From Aliivibrio fischeri ES114 (GTDB taxonomy: Bacteria > Pseudomonadota > Gammaproteobacteria > Enterobacterales > Vibrionaceae), in NCBI RefSeq assembly GCF_000011805.1, contig NC_006840.2: a stretch of 32,000 nucleotides of DNA; one strand, given 5' to 3'. Below, piece by piece: positions 21,789-32,000 of this stretch. The notes beneath the pieces were generated by a model. It was given only the letters and a program-made list of their open reading frames with translations. It was not told the DNA's origin and searched no databases. Both the position numbers and the translations under genes were made by a program. Numbering within the stretch: position 1 is the first letter of the stretch; the number at the start of each line of letters is the position of its first letter.

Positions 21789-23309
21789 ATGGAATTTTTG
21801 AATCAGTTTGGTGGGCATTTATTGTTTGGTTTTGCAGGCGCTAGTATTGCGTATGCCGTTGCTCATGTATTAACAAAAAGTCGAAACCAGCAAGAGTTAG
21901 CTTTGTTAGAACAGGAGCTAGAATCAGAAAAAAAATTGGCAGGCACTCAACTGCACCAATTAACCCAACAAGTTGAAAAGCAGCAGCAAGAACTCGATGA
22001 ACTTGATCTTGAGCGTGACAAATTAGCGCAAGAGCAAAAGCAATCTCATGGGCGTTTAATGGCGGCAATGGAAAAGCTGCGTTATTTTGATGCTATTCAA
22101 AAAGAGAAAGAATATTTAACTCAGCAGCTCGAGTTTTCTCGCCAAGCAAATTCAAATGTCGAAGCCGAATTGAGAGAGCAAGAAGCACGTAATGAAGAAG
22201 AACGTAAAGCAAGCCAAGAGAAGATTGAATTACTCGAGCGAGCAGAAGAAAGGTTAAAACAGCAGTTTGAAAATCTAGCCAACCAATTGTTTGAACATAA
22301 AACCAAAACGGTTGATGAACAAAACAAGGTGAGTTTAGAAGGTTTGTTATCTCCATTAAAAGAGCAGCTTGAAGGATTTAAAAAACAAGTAAACGACAGT
22401 TTTGGTTTTGAAGCTAAAGAGCGCCACACTCTGGTACATGAAATTCGTAGCCTACAACAGCTTAATGAGCGAATGACACAGGAGGCGGTAAACCTGACCA
22501 ATGCTCTTAAAGGCGACAACAAACAACAAGGTAATTGGGGTGAAGTTGTTCTTTCGCGAGTGTTGAAAGAATCCGGCCTTAGAGAGGGACACGAATACGA
22601 TACTCAGGTCAGTATGGATGACGAAGATGGTAAGCGTTTTTATCCTGATGTGATTGTTCACTTACCTGATGAGAAAGATGTCGTGGTTGATTCAAAAATG
22701 ACCTTAGTGGCATATGAGCGTTTTTTTAACAGTGAAGATTTTAATCAAAAAGAACACGCGCTTGATGAACACTTAATGGCTATTCGAGCTCATTTGCGTG
22801 GATTAAGTAAAAAGGATTACCACAAGTTAAATGGCTTACGCAGTTTAGATTATGTCTTAATGTTTATTCCTGTAGAGCCAGCATTCCAAGTTGCGATAGA
22901 GGCCGATCCATCATTAATCTCTGATGCAATGGAGCAGAATATTATTATCGTTAGTCCTACAACGTTATTGGTTGCGCTTAGAACCATCAGTAATTTATGG
23001 CGTAACGAGAGACAAAACCAAAACGCCAAAATCATCGCAGAGCGAGCAAGTAAACTGTATGACAAAATGCGTCTTTTTGTTGATGATATGGAGGCCGTTG
23101 GTGGTGCACTTGATAAGGCTAATCAAAGTTATCAAGGGGCAATGAATAAATTGGTAAGTGGGCGTGGGAACTTAATTCGTCAAGCTGAAAGCTTTAAGGA
23201 ACTCGGTGTTGAAGTGAAGAGAGACATAAATCGCCGTCTTATTGACCAATCTTTTGAAGCCGATACGACGCAAACACTTGGTGATAATGGGTTGGATAAA
23301 GTAGACTAG
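21789..23309 (+). CDS. rmuC: DNA recombination protein RmuC
   Basis: N-terminal TM, long coiled coil, then GNWGEVVLSRVLKESGLREGHEYDTQ and FPDVIVHLPD-like nuclease-fold motifs. Confidence 0.93.
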   Translation: MEFLNQFGGHLLFGFAGASIAYAVAHVLTKSRNQQELALLEQELESEKKLAGTQLHQLTQQVEKQQQELDELDLERDKLAQEQKQSHGRLMAAMEKLRYFDAIQKEKEYLTQQLEFSRQANSNVEAELREQEARNEEERKASQEKIELLERAEERLKQQFENLANQLFEHKTKTVDEQNKVSLEGLLSPLKEQLEGFKKQVNDSFGFEAKERHTLVHEIRSLQQLNERMTQEAVNLTNALKGDNKQQGNWGEVVLSRVLKESGLREGHEYDTQVSMDDEDGKRFYPDVIVHLPDEKDVVVDSKMTLVAYERFFNSEDFNQKEHALDEHLMAIRAHLRGLSKKDYHKLNGLRSLDYVLMFIPVEPAFQVAIEADPSLISDAMEQNIIIVSPTTLLVALRTISNLWRNERQNQNAKIIAERASKLYDKMRLFVDDMEAVGGALDKANQSYQGAMNKLVSGRGNLIRQAESFKELGVEVKRDINRRLIDQSFEADTTQTLGDNGLDKVD

Positions 23310-23366
23310 AGGGCTGTTGAATTCAGAGAGACCGGATTCAGCGAACCTATCTCTAGAGGACGAAAA

Positions 23367-24131
23367 ATGACGGACAAGATGAACATGGCTGAAGAAACAA
23401 CACACTTCGGCTTCACTACAGTCGCTAAAGAAGAAAAAGTAGCGAAAGTTGCAGAGGTATTTCACTCTGTAGCAGCAAAATACGACATCATGAATGACCT
23501 TATGTCTGGTGGTGTTCACCGTGTTTGGAAACGATTCACGATTGATTGTAGTGGCGTACGTCCAGGTCATAAAGTACTTGATTTAGCTGGTGGTACTGGC
23601 GATTTAACGGCTAAGTTTTCACGTATTGTTGGTGAGAAAGGTCAAGTTATTCTTGCTGATATTAATAACTCAATGCTAAACGTTGGTCGTGACAAACTAC
23701 GTGATATGGGCATCGTAGGTAATGTAAATTACGTACAAGCCAATGCGGAAGAATTGCCTTTCCCTGACGACCATTTTGATTGTATTACCATCAGCTTTGG
23801 TCTTCGTAACGTAACGGATAAAGATAAAGCATTGCGTTCGATGTTCCGTGTTCTTAAACCGGGCGGTCGTTTATTAGTGCTAGAGTTTTCAAAACCAATC
23901 CTTGAGCCGTTATCAAAAATTTATGATGCGTACTCTTTCCACCTATTACCAAAAATGGGTGAAATCATCGCAAATGATGCAGACAGTTATCGCTACCTTG
24001 CTGAATCTATCCGTATGCACCCAGATCAAGAAACACTGAAAGGCATGATGGAAGATGCAGGGTTTGAGCAAGCAAATTACTACAACTTAACGGGTGGTAT
24101 CGTTGCTCTACACCGTGGTTACAAGTTTTAA
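23367..24131 (+). CDS. ubiE: Ubiquinone/menaquinone biosynthesis C-methyltransferase UbiE
   Basis: [47 protein letters not shown]-binding motif. Confidence 0.97.
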   Translation: MTDKMNMAEETTHFGFTTVAKEEKVAKVAEVFHSVAAKYDIMNDLMSGGVHRVWKRFTIDCSGVRPGHKVLDLAGGTGDLTAKFSRIVGEKGQVILADINNSMLNVGRDKLRDMGIVGNVNYVQANAEELPFPDDHFDCITISFGLRNVTDKDKALRSMFRVLKPGGRLLVLEFSKPILEPLSKIYDAYSFHLLPKMGEIIANDADSYRYLAESIRMHPDQETLKGMMEDAGFEQANYYNLTGGIVALHRGYKF

Positions 24132-24142
24132 GGGATAGAATA

Positions 24143-24766
24143 ATGCCATTAGAACCATTCGTAACAGGCGTGATGGAGACAGGGTTAAATACTCTGTTAA
24201 AAGAATCACCAGAGAGCAAAGCGGCACTGCATCGTTTAAAAGAAAAGATTATTCATGTTCATTTAAATGAAGTGAACAAAGATCTTTTCTTTGTATTTAG
24301 TCACCTACAAGTTGATATTCTTTCTCGATTCGAAGGTTCTGTTGATTGCTACTTAGCTTTAAATCTTTCTGTTTTGCCACAACTGCGTGATCAAAATAAT
24401 ATCACTCAACTTATCAAACAAGATAAGTTGGTATTGGAAGGCGATTTAAAACTTGCTCAACAATTTTCTGCATTACTTGAAGAGTTAAAACCAGATGTTG
24501 AAGAGAAATTATCTCAATATACTGGTGATATTGTTGCTCATACTTTAGCTAGTGGAGTAAAAGGTGGAGCGTGCTGGGTGAAAAAACAGATCACACGTCA
24601 AACTCGCCATGCAGCAGAAGTGCTTACTGAAGAGTGGAAAATGGCACCTGCACCATTAGAAATTGCCTACTTTTGCGATCAAGTAACCGATGTTGAAGCT
24701 CAATTAACAGAGCTAGATGCTCGTTTATCTCGTCTAATACAAAAAACAGGATTAGAACAAGCATGA
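24143..24766 (+). CDS. ubiJ: Ubiquinone biosynthesis accessory factor UbiJ (SCP2 domain)
   Basis: 207 aa between ubiE and ubiB, C-terminal coiled coil. Confidence 0.9.
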   Translation: MPLEPFVTGVMETGLNTLLKESPESKAALHRLKEKIIHVHLNEVNKDLFFVFSHLQVDILSRFEGSVDCYLALNLSVLPQLRDQNNITQLIKQDKLVLEGDLKLAQQFSALLEELKPDVEEKLSQYTGDIVAHTLASGVKGGACWVKKQITRQTRHAAEVLTEEWKMAPAPLEIAYFCDQVTDVEAQLTELDARLSRLIQKTGLEQA

Positions 24767-26397
24767 CGCCATCTGAGTTAAAGCGCTTATATCACATCAC
24801 TAAGGTTCAACTTGAGTATGGGTTAGATGAGCTGTTACCTGAACATGCGTTAACTCAATTGCCAAAGCGATTACGTAAAGGTTTATTCTGGATTAAAAAT
24901 AAATACCCTGAAAAAACACTTGGTGAACGCTTACGTCTAGCATTACAAGAGCTCGGTCCTGTTTGGATTAAGTTCGGTCAAATGATGTCGACTCGTCGAG
25001 ATCTTTTTCCTCCTCATTTAGCTGACCAATTAGCGTTACTTCAAGACCAAGTTGCGCCATTTGACGGACAATTAGCGAAAGATCAAATGGAGATGGAATT
25101 AGGTGGGCCACTTGATAATTGGTTTACCGATTTTGATATTAAGCCGTTGGCTTCTGCTTCCATTGCTCAAGTACATACCGCAAAGTTAAAAGACTCGGGT
25201 AGAGAAATTGTTCTTAAAGTAATTCGTCCTGATATTCGTCCTGTCATCGAATCTGATATTCGCTTAATGTATCGCATGGCGAGATTAGTTGAACAACATA
25301 TTCCTGAAGCTCGTCGTTTAAAACCAGTTAAAGTCATTGAAGAGTACGAAAAAACCTTACTTGATGAGCTAGACTTAAGAAGAGAAGCCAGTAATGCAAT
25401 GCAGCTGCGCAGAAACTTTGAAGGCAGTGAAGAACTTTATGTACCTGAAGTCATTTTAGATTTAAGCTCTGAGCATCTTATGGTGTCAGAGCGCATTTAC
25501 GGTATTCAAGTATCAGACATTGAGCAGCTTGAAAGAAACGGCACTAATATGAAGTTATTGGCTGAACGTGGTGTTTCAGTTTTCTTTACTCAGGTGTTTC
25601 GAGATAGCTTCTTTCATGCTGATATGCACCCAGGAAACGTATTTGTAAATCCAGATAATCCAGAAAATCCACAATGGATCGGATTAGACTGTGGTATTGT
25701 GGGAACACTCAATAAGGAAGATAAACGCTATTTAGCAGAAAACTTATTGGGTTTCTTTAATAGTGACTATCATAAAGTTGCGCAATTACATGTTGATTCT
25801 GGTTGGGTTCCTGCAGACACTAATGTTGAAGAGTTCGAATTTGCTATTCGAATGGTATGTGAACCCATTTTTGCAAAACCATTAGGAGAAATTTCTTTTG
25901 GTCATGTGCTGTTGAACTTATTTAATACAGCGCGTCGTTTCAATATGGAAGTGCAACCACAATTAGTCTTGTTACAAAAAACATTGTTGTACGTAGAAGG
26001 ACTAGGCAGACAGCTTTATCCGCAATTAGATCTATGGGCAACCGCCAAACCGTTTTTAGAAACGTGGATGGCAAAACAGGTAGGACCGGCAGCCTTTGTG
26101 ACTGCTTTGAGTGAGAAAGCGCCATTCTGGGCTGAAAAATTACCCGAACTGCCAGATTTAGTTTATGACAGTTTGCGCCAGGGCAAAGTTCTTAATCAAC
26201 GAATGGATAAACTTTACGCAGGTTACCGTCAAAGTAAGCGTCAACAAGCAAAAGGGCAATTCCTATTTAATGTTGGAGCCACACTTCTGATTTGTTCTGC
26301 GGTGTTATTAACCAGTAACATTACTGTGTTAGCATCAATTAGTGCTGCTACAGGAGCTGCGTTTTGGCTATTTAGCTGGCGAGCATATCGTCGTTAA
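24763..26397 (+). CDS. ubiB: Ubiquinone biosynthesis regulatory protein kinase UbiB
   Basis: 544 aa. KxGQ motif [46 protein letters not shown]. Confidence 0.96.
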   Translation: MTPSELKRLYHITKVQLEYGLDELLPEHALTQLPKRLRKGLFWIKNKYPEKTLGERLRLALQELGPVWIKFGQMMSTRRDLFPPHLADQLALLQDQVAPFDGQLAKDQMEMELGGPLDNWFTDFDIKPLASASIAQVHTAKLKDSGREIVLKVIRPDIRPVIESDIRLMYRMARLVEQHIPEARRLKPVKVIEEYEKTLLDELDLRREASNAMQLRRNFEGSEELYVPEVILDLSSEHLMVSERIYGIQVSDIEQLERNGTNMKLLAERGVSVFFTQVFRDSFFHADMHPGNVFVNPDNPENPQWIGLDCGIVGTLNKEDKRYLAENLLGFFNSDYHKVAQLHVDSGWVPADTNVEEFEFAIRMVCEPIFAKPLGEISFGHVLLNLFNTARRFNMEVQPQLVLLQKTLLYVEGLGRQLYPQLDLWATAKPFLETWMAKQVGPAAFVTALSEKAPFWAEKLPELPDLVYDSLRQGKVLNQRMDKLYAGYRQSKRQQAKGQFLFNVGATLLICSAVLLTSNITVLASISAATGAAFWLFSWRAYRR

Positions 26398-26448
26398 ACG
26401 TCGCTTTATTTAGCAATTTTTTAACCCTAACACGCTGAGGAAATAAGC

Positions 26449-26697
26449 ATGGGTGGTATTAGTATTTGGCAACTTCTTATTATTGCAGTAATTATCGTTC
26501 TGTTATTTGGTACGAAAAAATTACGTGGTGTAGGTAGTGATTTGGGTTCTGCAGTTAAAGGCTTTAAAAAAGCGATAAGTGAAGATGAGCCAGCAAAAGA
26601 AGCGAAAAAAGACGCTGATTTTGTACCTCAAAACTTAGAGAAAAAAGAAGCTGAAACAGTAGAAAAACAAAAGCAAAACGACAAAGAGCAGGCATAA
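26449..26697 (+). CDS. tatA: Sec-independent protein translocase subunit TatA
   Basis: [40 protein letters not shown]. Confidence 0.96.
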   Translation: MGGISIWQLLIIAVIIVLLFGTKKLRGVGSDLGSAVKGFKKAISEDEPAKEAKKDADFVPQNLEKKEAETVEKQKQNDKEQA

Positions 26698-26700
26698 TAA

Positions 26701-27081
26701 GTGTTTGATATCGGTTTTTGGGAACTGATACTGATCTCTGTTGTTGGACTAGTTGTATTAGGACCGGAACGTTTACCAAAAGCGATCCGCTCTGTTGCGC
26801 AGTTCATTGGAGCAGCAAAAAGCATGGCGAATAACGTCAAAGATGAGCTGTCACAAGAATTGAAGATACAAGAACTTCAAGAGAATTTGCGCAAAGCAGA
26901 ACAGATGAATATGGATGACTTATCGCCTGATCTTAAAAAATCAGTAGAAGAGTTAAAACAAGCGGCAGCAGATGTCACTCGTCCATATGCAAAACCAGAA
27001 GAAGAAAAAGCAGAAACGCCAAGTGCGGACAGCTCTTCTTCTGCAGCATCTGACTCAACTTCTAAAACGAAAGCAGAGTAA
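26701..27081 (+). CDS. tatB: Sec-independent protein translocase subunit TatB
   Basis: [29 protein letters not shown] start, between tatA and tatC. Confidence 0.95.
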   Translation: MFDIGFWELILISVVGLVVLGPERLPKAIRSVAQFIGAAKSMANNVKDELSQELKIQELQENLRKAEQMNMDDLSPDLKKSVEELKQAAADVTRPYAKPEEEKAETPSADSSSSAASDSTSKTKAE

Positions 27082-27083
27082 TT

Positions 27084-27839
27084 ATGTCATCAGTTGAATC
27101 CTCTCAGCCGTTGTTAGCGCACTTACTAGAGTTAAGAAATCGTCTATTAAAAGCAATCATTGCAGTTATTGTCGTGTTCTTAGGTTTAGTTTGGTTTGCT
27201 AATGACATTTATGAGTTTTTATCAGCGCCTTTGGTAGAAAGACTGCCAGAGGGAGCAACTATGATAGCAACTGATGTCGCGTCACCATTTTTCACGCCCA
27301 TAAAGCTGACTTTGGTGGCATCGATATTTGTCGCTGTTCCAGTAATTCTTTATCAGGTATGGGCATTTGTAGCTCCTGGACTGTATAAGCATGAGAAAAG
27401 ACTCATCATGCCGTTACTATTCTCTAGCTCTTTGCTGTTTTATGCCGGTGTATCATTTGCCTATTTCGTTGTATTTCCTTTGGTATTTGGTTTCTTTACA
27501 ACCATTGCACCTGAAGGGGTTCAAGTAGCAACTGATATCGCCAGTTATCTTGATTTTGTTTTAGCATTGTTCTTGGCTTTTGGTATTGCATTTGAAGTAC
27601 CTGTTGCCATCATCTTGCTATGCTGGACTGGTGCTACAGACCCAGATACGTTAAGACAAAAGCGTCCATATATTATTGTTGGTGCCTTTGTTGTAGGTAT
27701 GATGTTGACACCACCAGACATTATTTCTCAGACGTTGCTGGCAGTACCTATGTGTATTTTGTTTGAGATTGGTTTGTTCTTCTCACGCTTTTATGTGAGA
27801 GAGGATAATGAAGATGATTTGGAACAAGATGAAGCATAA
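27084..27839 (+). CDS. tatC: Sec-independent protein translocase subunit TatC
   Basis: [32 protein letters not shown], multi-TM protein with conserved [11 protein letters not shown]. Confidence 0.97.
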   Translation: MSSVESSQPLLAHLLELRNRLLKAIIAVIVVFLGLVWFANDIYEFLSAPLVERLPEGATMIATDVASPFFTPIKLTLVASIFVAVPVILYQVWAFVAPGLYKHEKRLIMPLLFSSSLLFYAGVSFAYFVVFPLVFGFFTTIAPEGVQVATDIASYLDFVLALFLAFGIAFEVPVAIILLCWTGATDPDTLRQKRPYIIVGAFVVGMMLTPPDIISQTLLAVPMCILFEIGLFFSRFYVREDNEDDLEQDEA

Positions 27840-27864
27840 TGCTTGATAGAAAATCTGAATATTG

Positions 27865-27896
27865 AAAAAGCGTTGATGATTATCAGCGCTTTTTTT
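27865..27896 (+). terminator. Rho-independent terminator after tatC
   Basis: AAAAAGCGTTGAT-GATT-ATCAGCGCTTTTTTT. Confidence 0.85.
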
Positions 27897-27928
27897 ATGC
27901 CTGCTTTAAACCATACAAAGTGAGTTAA

Positions 27929-27942
27929 GTGATCATGATCAC
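27929..27942. promoter_or_regulatory. CRP-like palindrome GTGATCATGATCAC
   Basis: Perfect 14-bp palindrome matching the GTGA-N6-TCAC core, upstream of csrB. Confidence 0.45.
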
Positions 27943-27992
27943 GCTCTATTTTTGAGGCTTTATAGAGATAAATAGACAAACAGGAAACCGCT

Positions 27993-28010
27993 TGTGCGAG
28001 ATCTCTTACA
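27993..28010. promoter_or_regulatory. GacA/VarA-box-like sequence (TGTGCG-N6-CTTACA)
   Basis: TGTGCGAGATCTCTTACA versus consensus TGTAAG-N6-CTTACA (10/12), about 165-185 bp upstream of the predicted sRNA start. Confidence 0.6.
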
Positions 28011-28142
28011 AGCGAGTGAGATTTAGCGCTTTTTTTTGCGCTGTTTTCTCTCTGGGTTTTGTTAAGTTGTTGATATTTAATGTTTTGTGTTTGTTGGGGG
28101 ATGGGGTTATATTTTTTTTTGCAATTATTTGAAATTAGTCTA

Positions 28143-28170
28143 TTGCTGAAAAAAGTGAAAAGCGTAATCT
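28143..28170 (+). promoter_or_regulatory. Predicted csrB promoter
   Basis: TTGCTG-N16-TAATCT immediately upstream of the GGA-rich transcript. Confidence 0.5.
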
Positions 28171-28176
28171 TATTGG

Positions 28177-28597
28177 TGTCGGAAGGATGCTGACACGGAA
28201 CAGGAACTAGCCAAGGATTTGGTACGCTTCAGGACGAGGCACTCGGTTACTTAGGATTAGTAATCGGCATGGATAGCGAAATGGACATTGAATGGACGCA
28301 ATAGTAACTAGGATGGTTGCTACTAAGGAAAGACAATGGACACCTCTAGGATTGAGGTAAATGGACTGCACATCAGGATGATGTAAAGGACACCGCTCAA
28401 GGAACAAGCGAAGAGAGTTAACTAAGGATTGTTAACGGATCAGGATAGATCATGGACACCGCTAGGATGGCGACGAAAGGAATAAGCTGACGGATTCAGC
28501 ATACTATCAAGGATTTGATGCATGGAGCACCATTAGTAGCCGGACTGCTGCGAGTAAAGTTATAGCCCCGCTAGATGAAAATCTAGTGGGGCTTTTC
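28177..28597 (+). ncRNA. csrB: CsrB-family regulatory sRNA (CsrA-sequestering)
   Basis: About 420 nt, non-coding, with about 28 GGA triplets (hand count), many flanked by short complementary arms (e.g. ttactta-GGA-ttagtaa, taactAGGAtggtta, ctctAGGAttgag, catcAGGAtgatg, gatcAGGAtagatc, tatcaAGGAtttgatg). Ends in a strong terminator. Confidence 0.93.
28564..28597 (+). terminator. csrB rho-independent terminator
   Basis: AGCCCCGCTAGAT-GAAA-ATCTAGTGGGGCTTTTCTT. Confidence 0.93.
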
Positions 28598-28700
28598 TTG
28601 TTTAGAGCAAAGTAAAAAGCAGGGACGAGAGGCGAGGACGCTTCGCTCGAGGAGCAAGGAAAAGCAAAAGCCGATTCAGAATTGTAATGAAATATGGTAT

Positions 28701-28880
28701 CAACAACCCCCTCTAACTCCCCCTTGTATTGATATTATCGATCCCAGTTATTCATAGATAAAGGGGGAAGAACCTTCTTTGGTGTGGATATTTCAGCGAT
28801 CACAATAGTGTTCCTCCCCTTGAGTAAATATCTCATGTGATCACCAATGTCGATATAAGGGGAGGTTAGGAGGGGTTGTG
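28701..28880. repeat. MITE-like element copy 1 with terminal and internal inverted repeats
   Basis: Left end AACCCCCTCTAACTCCCCCTTGTATTGATATT versus reverse complement of right end CACAACCCCTCCTAACCTCCCCTTATATCGACATT. Internal arms AAGGGGGAAGAAC / GTTCCTCCCCTT. Confidence 0.8.
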
Positions 28881-28908
28881 AGTAGAGACTTTAGTGATTC
28901 AATGTCTT

Positions 28909-29060
28909 TATTGATATTATCGATCCCAGTAATTCATAGATAAAGGTGGAGAACCTTCTTTGGTGCGGATATTTCAGCGCTCACAATACAGTTCCTCCTC
29001 TTGAGTAATATCTCATGTGATCACCAATGTTGATATAAGGGGAGGTTAGGAGGGGTTGTG
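28909..29060. repeat. MITE-like element copy 2 (direct repeat, left terminus missing)
   Basis: TTGATATTATCGATCCCAGT(T/A)ATTCATAGATAAAGG.GG.GAACCTTCTTTGGTG...AGGGGAGGTTAGGAGGGGTTGTG repeated about 180 bp after copy 1. Confidence 0.85.
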
Positions 29061-29128
29061 AATGCAGGTTTTCACCTCTACAACTAACTTGTTGTGTCTT
29101 AAGTGAAGTTATTTATCTTTTGATCTTA

Positions 29129-29225
29129 TAGTCTCTAGTTAACGAAGCGTATAAGCTCTTCCTGAAACCTGAAACCTGAAACCTGAAACCTGAAACCTGA
29201 AACCTGAAACCTTCAAGCAAAGCGA
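29129..29225. repeat. Mosaic intergenic repeat, copy A (contains 7 x CCTGAAA at 29161-29210)
   Basis: TAGTCTCTAGTTAAC ... (CCTGAAA)7 ... CCTTCAAGCAAAGCGA. Present inverted at 31190-31248. Confidence 0.85.
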
Positions 29226-29229
29226 TCTC

Positions 29230-29991
29230 TTAAACCCCAAACAATTTCATCGCATTCGCCGTCGTAATTGCATCCACATCAGCCAAACTAATTTCACGTA
29301 AATCTGCCACTCTTTGAGCAACTAACTGCGTATACGCAGGCTCATTTCGCTTACCACGATGTGGCACCGGTGCTAAATAAGGACAATCGGTTTCTAGGAT
29401 TAAATAATCCATATCAAGATGAGGAATAATCTTATCCATCCCGCCATTTTTAAAGGTAGACACACCACCAAGGCCTAAATGAAACCCTAAATCATTAATG
29501 GCTTTTGCTTCATCAACTGAGCCACCAAAGCAGTGGAAAACACCAGATAATGAACCATCTTGTTCTTGTTTTAATAGACTTAATGTTTCTTCAATAGAGT
29601 CACGAGTGTGAATCACAACAGGTAGTTTCATCTCTTTTGCCCAATTTAATTGGGTAATGAATGCCATCTCTTGTTCTGCTTTAAAGGTTTTGTCCCAGTA
29701 TAGGTCAATACCTATTTCACCTACCGCAATGAAATTATGCTTTTCAAACCATGAGTGAATGATTGCCAAGGTTTCTTTCACGTCAGCGTTCACATAACAA
29801 GGGTGTAATCCCATCATTGAATGGCAAACCTCAGGATATGCGGCTTCCGTTTTGAGCATTGGTTCGATAGATTCTAAATCGATGTTAGGTAGTAGAATTT
29901 TGCTAATACCTTGTTCTAGTGCGCGCTGAACAACCGCATCTCTATCTTCATCAAATTCTTTTGCATAAATATGAGCGTGAGTATCTATCAT
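29230..29991 (-). CDS. tatD: TatD-family metal-dependent hydrolase / DNase
   Basis: 253 aa. MIDTHAHIYAKEF, GEIGIDLYW, HTRDS, GVFHCFGG, LETDCPYLAP motifs. Located near tatABC. Confidence 0.9.
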   Translation of the reverse strand: MIDTHAHIYAKEFDEDRDAVVQRALEQGISKILLPNIDLESIEPMLKTEAAYPEVCHSMMGLHPCYVNADVKETLAIIHSWFEKHNFIAVGEIGIDLYWDKTFKAEQEMAFITQLNWAKEMKLPVVIHTRDSIEETLSLLKQEQDGSLSGVFHCFGGSVDEAKAINDLGFHLGLGGVSTFKNGGMDKIIPHLDMDYLILETDCPYLAPVPHRGKRNEPAYTQLVAQRVADLREISLADVDAITTANAMKLFGV

Positions 29992-30100
29992 GGTGAAACC
30001 CTAAAACAAAAAATAATGGCTTCTATCATACCAAGTTCAAAGTAAAAATCAGATCTATACGAAAAAGTCACTTGAAAGACTACGATTAGCCACTCGATAG

Positions 30101-31159
<1,059 letters not shown>

Positions 31160-31189
31160 GAGCAGGGACGAGAAAAAGTAGGGTTCAGG

Positions 31190-31248
31190 TCGCTTTGCTT
31201 AAAGGTTTCAGGGGAAATGTGGTGAGCTTTGGTGTTAACTAGAGACTA
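31190..31248. repeat. Mosaic intergenic repeat, copy B (inverted relative to 29129-29225)
   Basis: TCGCTTTGCTTAAAGGTTTCAGG ... GTTAACTAGAGACTA is colinear with the reverse complement of copy A. Confidence 0.8.
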
Positions 31249-31318
31249 TGCGCTGCGCTGACTAGAAACTATAAGAGCGAGAGTCTTGAATGTTGTAAGT
31301 TCTTTAATCCCAAAAAAC

Positions 31319-31360
31319 AAAAAAGCATGATGATTAACTAAAATCATCATGCTTTTATTT
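31319..31360. terminator. Bidirectional terminator between convergent hemB and gppA-like gene
   Basis: AAAAGCATGATGAT-TAACTAAA-ATCATCATGCTTTTATTTTT. Confidence 0.85.
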
Positions 31361-31362
31361 TT

Positions 31363-31397
31363 CCTGAATCCTGAATCCTGAATCCTGAACCCTGAAA
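31363..31397. repeat. Heptamer microsatellite CCTGAAN x5
   Basis: CCTGAAT CCTGAAT CCTGAAT CCTGAAC CCTGAAA. Confidence 0.9.
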
Positions 31398-31452
31398 TTA
31401 GTACCGGTAAGGCTCTTGCTTTTGCTCTTATAGAAGCGAAGCGTTCTAGTCC

Positions 31453-32000
31453 CTAGTCCCTAGCATCTATAACCAACTCCCAACCAATATTCGTCTGTTT
31501 ATCCGCCTCGATCTCTAACTCAGATCTCGTTAGAGGATTTGCCGCCAACCAAGCTCCATCAATCGACAATGACAAAACATCATTTTTTTCTGATAGCGTT
31601 ACAGTAGGTGCTAAATTCACATCACGACGATGAGTGAGAATAATCGCTAAACGTAAAATACGTAGCATGCGTTGAGCCGAGATATCAGAAACGGCATGTT
31701 GAGTTGGCATGGCTGAGAAATATTCGCGGTAACGGCGTAATAACTCACCAAGTAAGTGTTTTTGAGCACGAGTGAAACCTGGTAAATCCAGTGCGTTAAT
31801 TAAATAGGCTGAGTGCTCTCCACCTTTTTTATAATCAATACACATACCAATTTCATGAAGCTGAGTTGCCGCAGTAAGCAATGGCAATGCTTGTGGCTCA
31901 ATAAGCCAGTCGTTACCACATTGCTGCACAAGTTGAATTGAGAGGTCAGTGACCTGTTGAGCGTAGTCAACGTCTAATTGATAACGTTGTTGGGTGCTCT
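31453..32000 (-). CDS. gppA: Exopolyphosphatase / guanosine pentaphosphate phosphatase (Ppx/GppA), C-terminal part; 5' end outside window
   Basis: Frame stays open to the window edge (STQQRYQLDVDYAQQVTDLSIQLVQQCGNDWL...). C-terminal domain has LHEIGMCIDYKKGGEHSAYLI and LAIILTHRRD. The gppA versus ppx choice is inferred. Confidence 0.78.
   Translation of the reverse strand, partial: STQQRYQLDVDYAQQVTDLSIQLVQQCGNDWLIEPQALPLLTAATQLHEIGMCIDYKKGGEHSAYLINALDLPGFTRAQKHLLGELLRRYREYFSAMPTQHAVSDISAQRMLRILRLAIILTHRRDVNLAPTVTLSEKNDVLSLSIDGAWLAANPLTRSELEIEADKQTNIGWELVIDARD

Noticed and set aside
28207-28407. 66-aa ORF on the minus strand
   Set aside because: Lies entirely antisense within the csrB RNA. 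Its open frame is incidental.
28701-29060. Duplicated element considered as a CRISPR or IS
   Set aside because: Only two long diverged copies and no ORF of transposase size. Better described as MITE-like.
29161-29210. CCTGAAA array considered as a CRISPR
   Set aside because: The repeat unit is 7 bp without spacers and there are no cas genes. It is a microsatellite.

Overview
The window is a chromosomal segment of a marine gammaproteobacterium, most likely a Vibrionaceae member close to Aliivibrio fischeri (inferred from gene order and protein character). Most of it is core metabolism. In order: 3' end of trkH, hemG, tRNA-Trp, an M16 peptidase lipoprotein, a CLC antiporter, thiCEFSGH, a GH20 hexosaminidase, an M24 aminopeptidase, a divergent LysR / Bcr-CflA MFS pair, a small conserved-looking protein, an EamA permease, rmuC, ubiE-ubiJ-ubiB, tatABC, tatD, hemB, and a partial gppA-like gene. 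The main interest is in the non-coding layer. (1) Four parS-like ParB sites lie between 7.0 and 16.0 kb, one of them inside thiF coding sequence, indicating the origin-proximal partition locus. (2) A fluoride (crcB-type) riboswitch sits upstream of a CLC protein with a non-canonical anion-selectivity motif. (3) A TPP riboswitch precedes thiC. (4) A CsrB-family sRNA of about 420 nt has about 28 GGA motifs and upstream GacA/VarA-like and CRP-like palindromes. (5) The tRNA-Trp 3' half plus its terminator is tandemly repeated with a 126-bp period. (6) A MITE-like inverted-repeat element is duplicated directly downstream of csrB, and mosaic heptamer (CCTGAAN) repeats are arranged as inverted copies around tatD-hemB. 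I found no defence system, CRISPR array, prophage or clearly novel multi-gene system.
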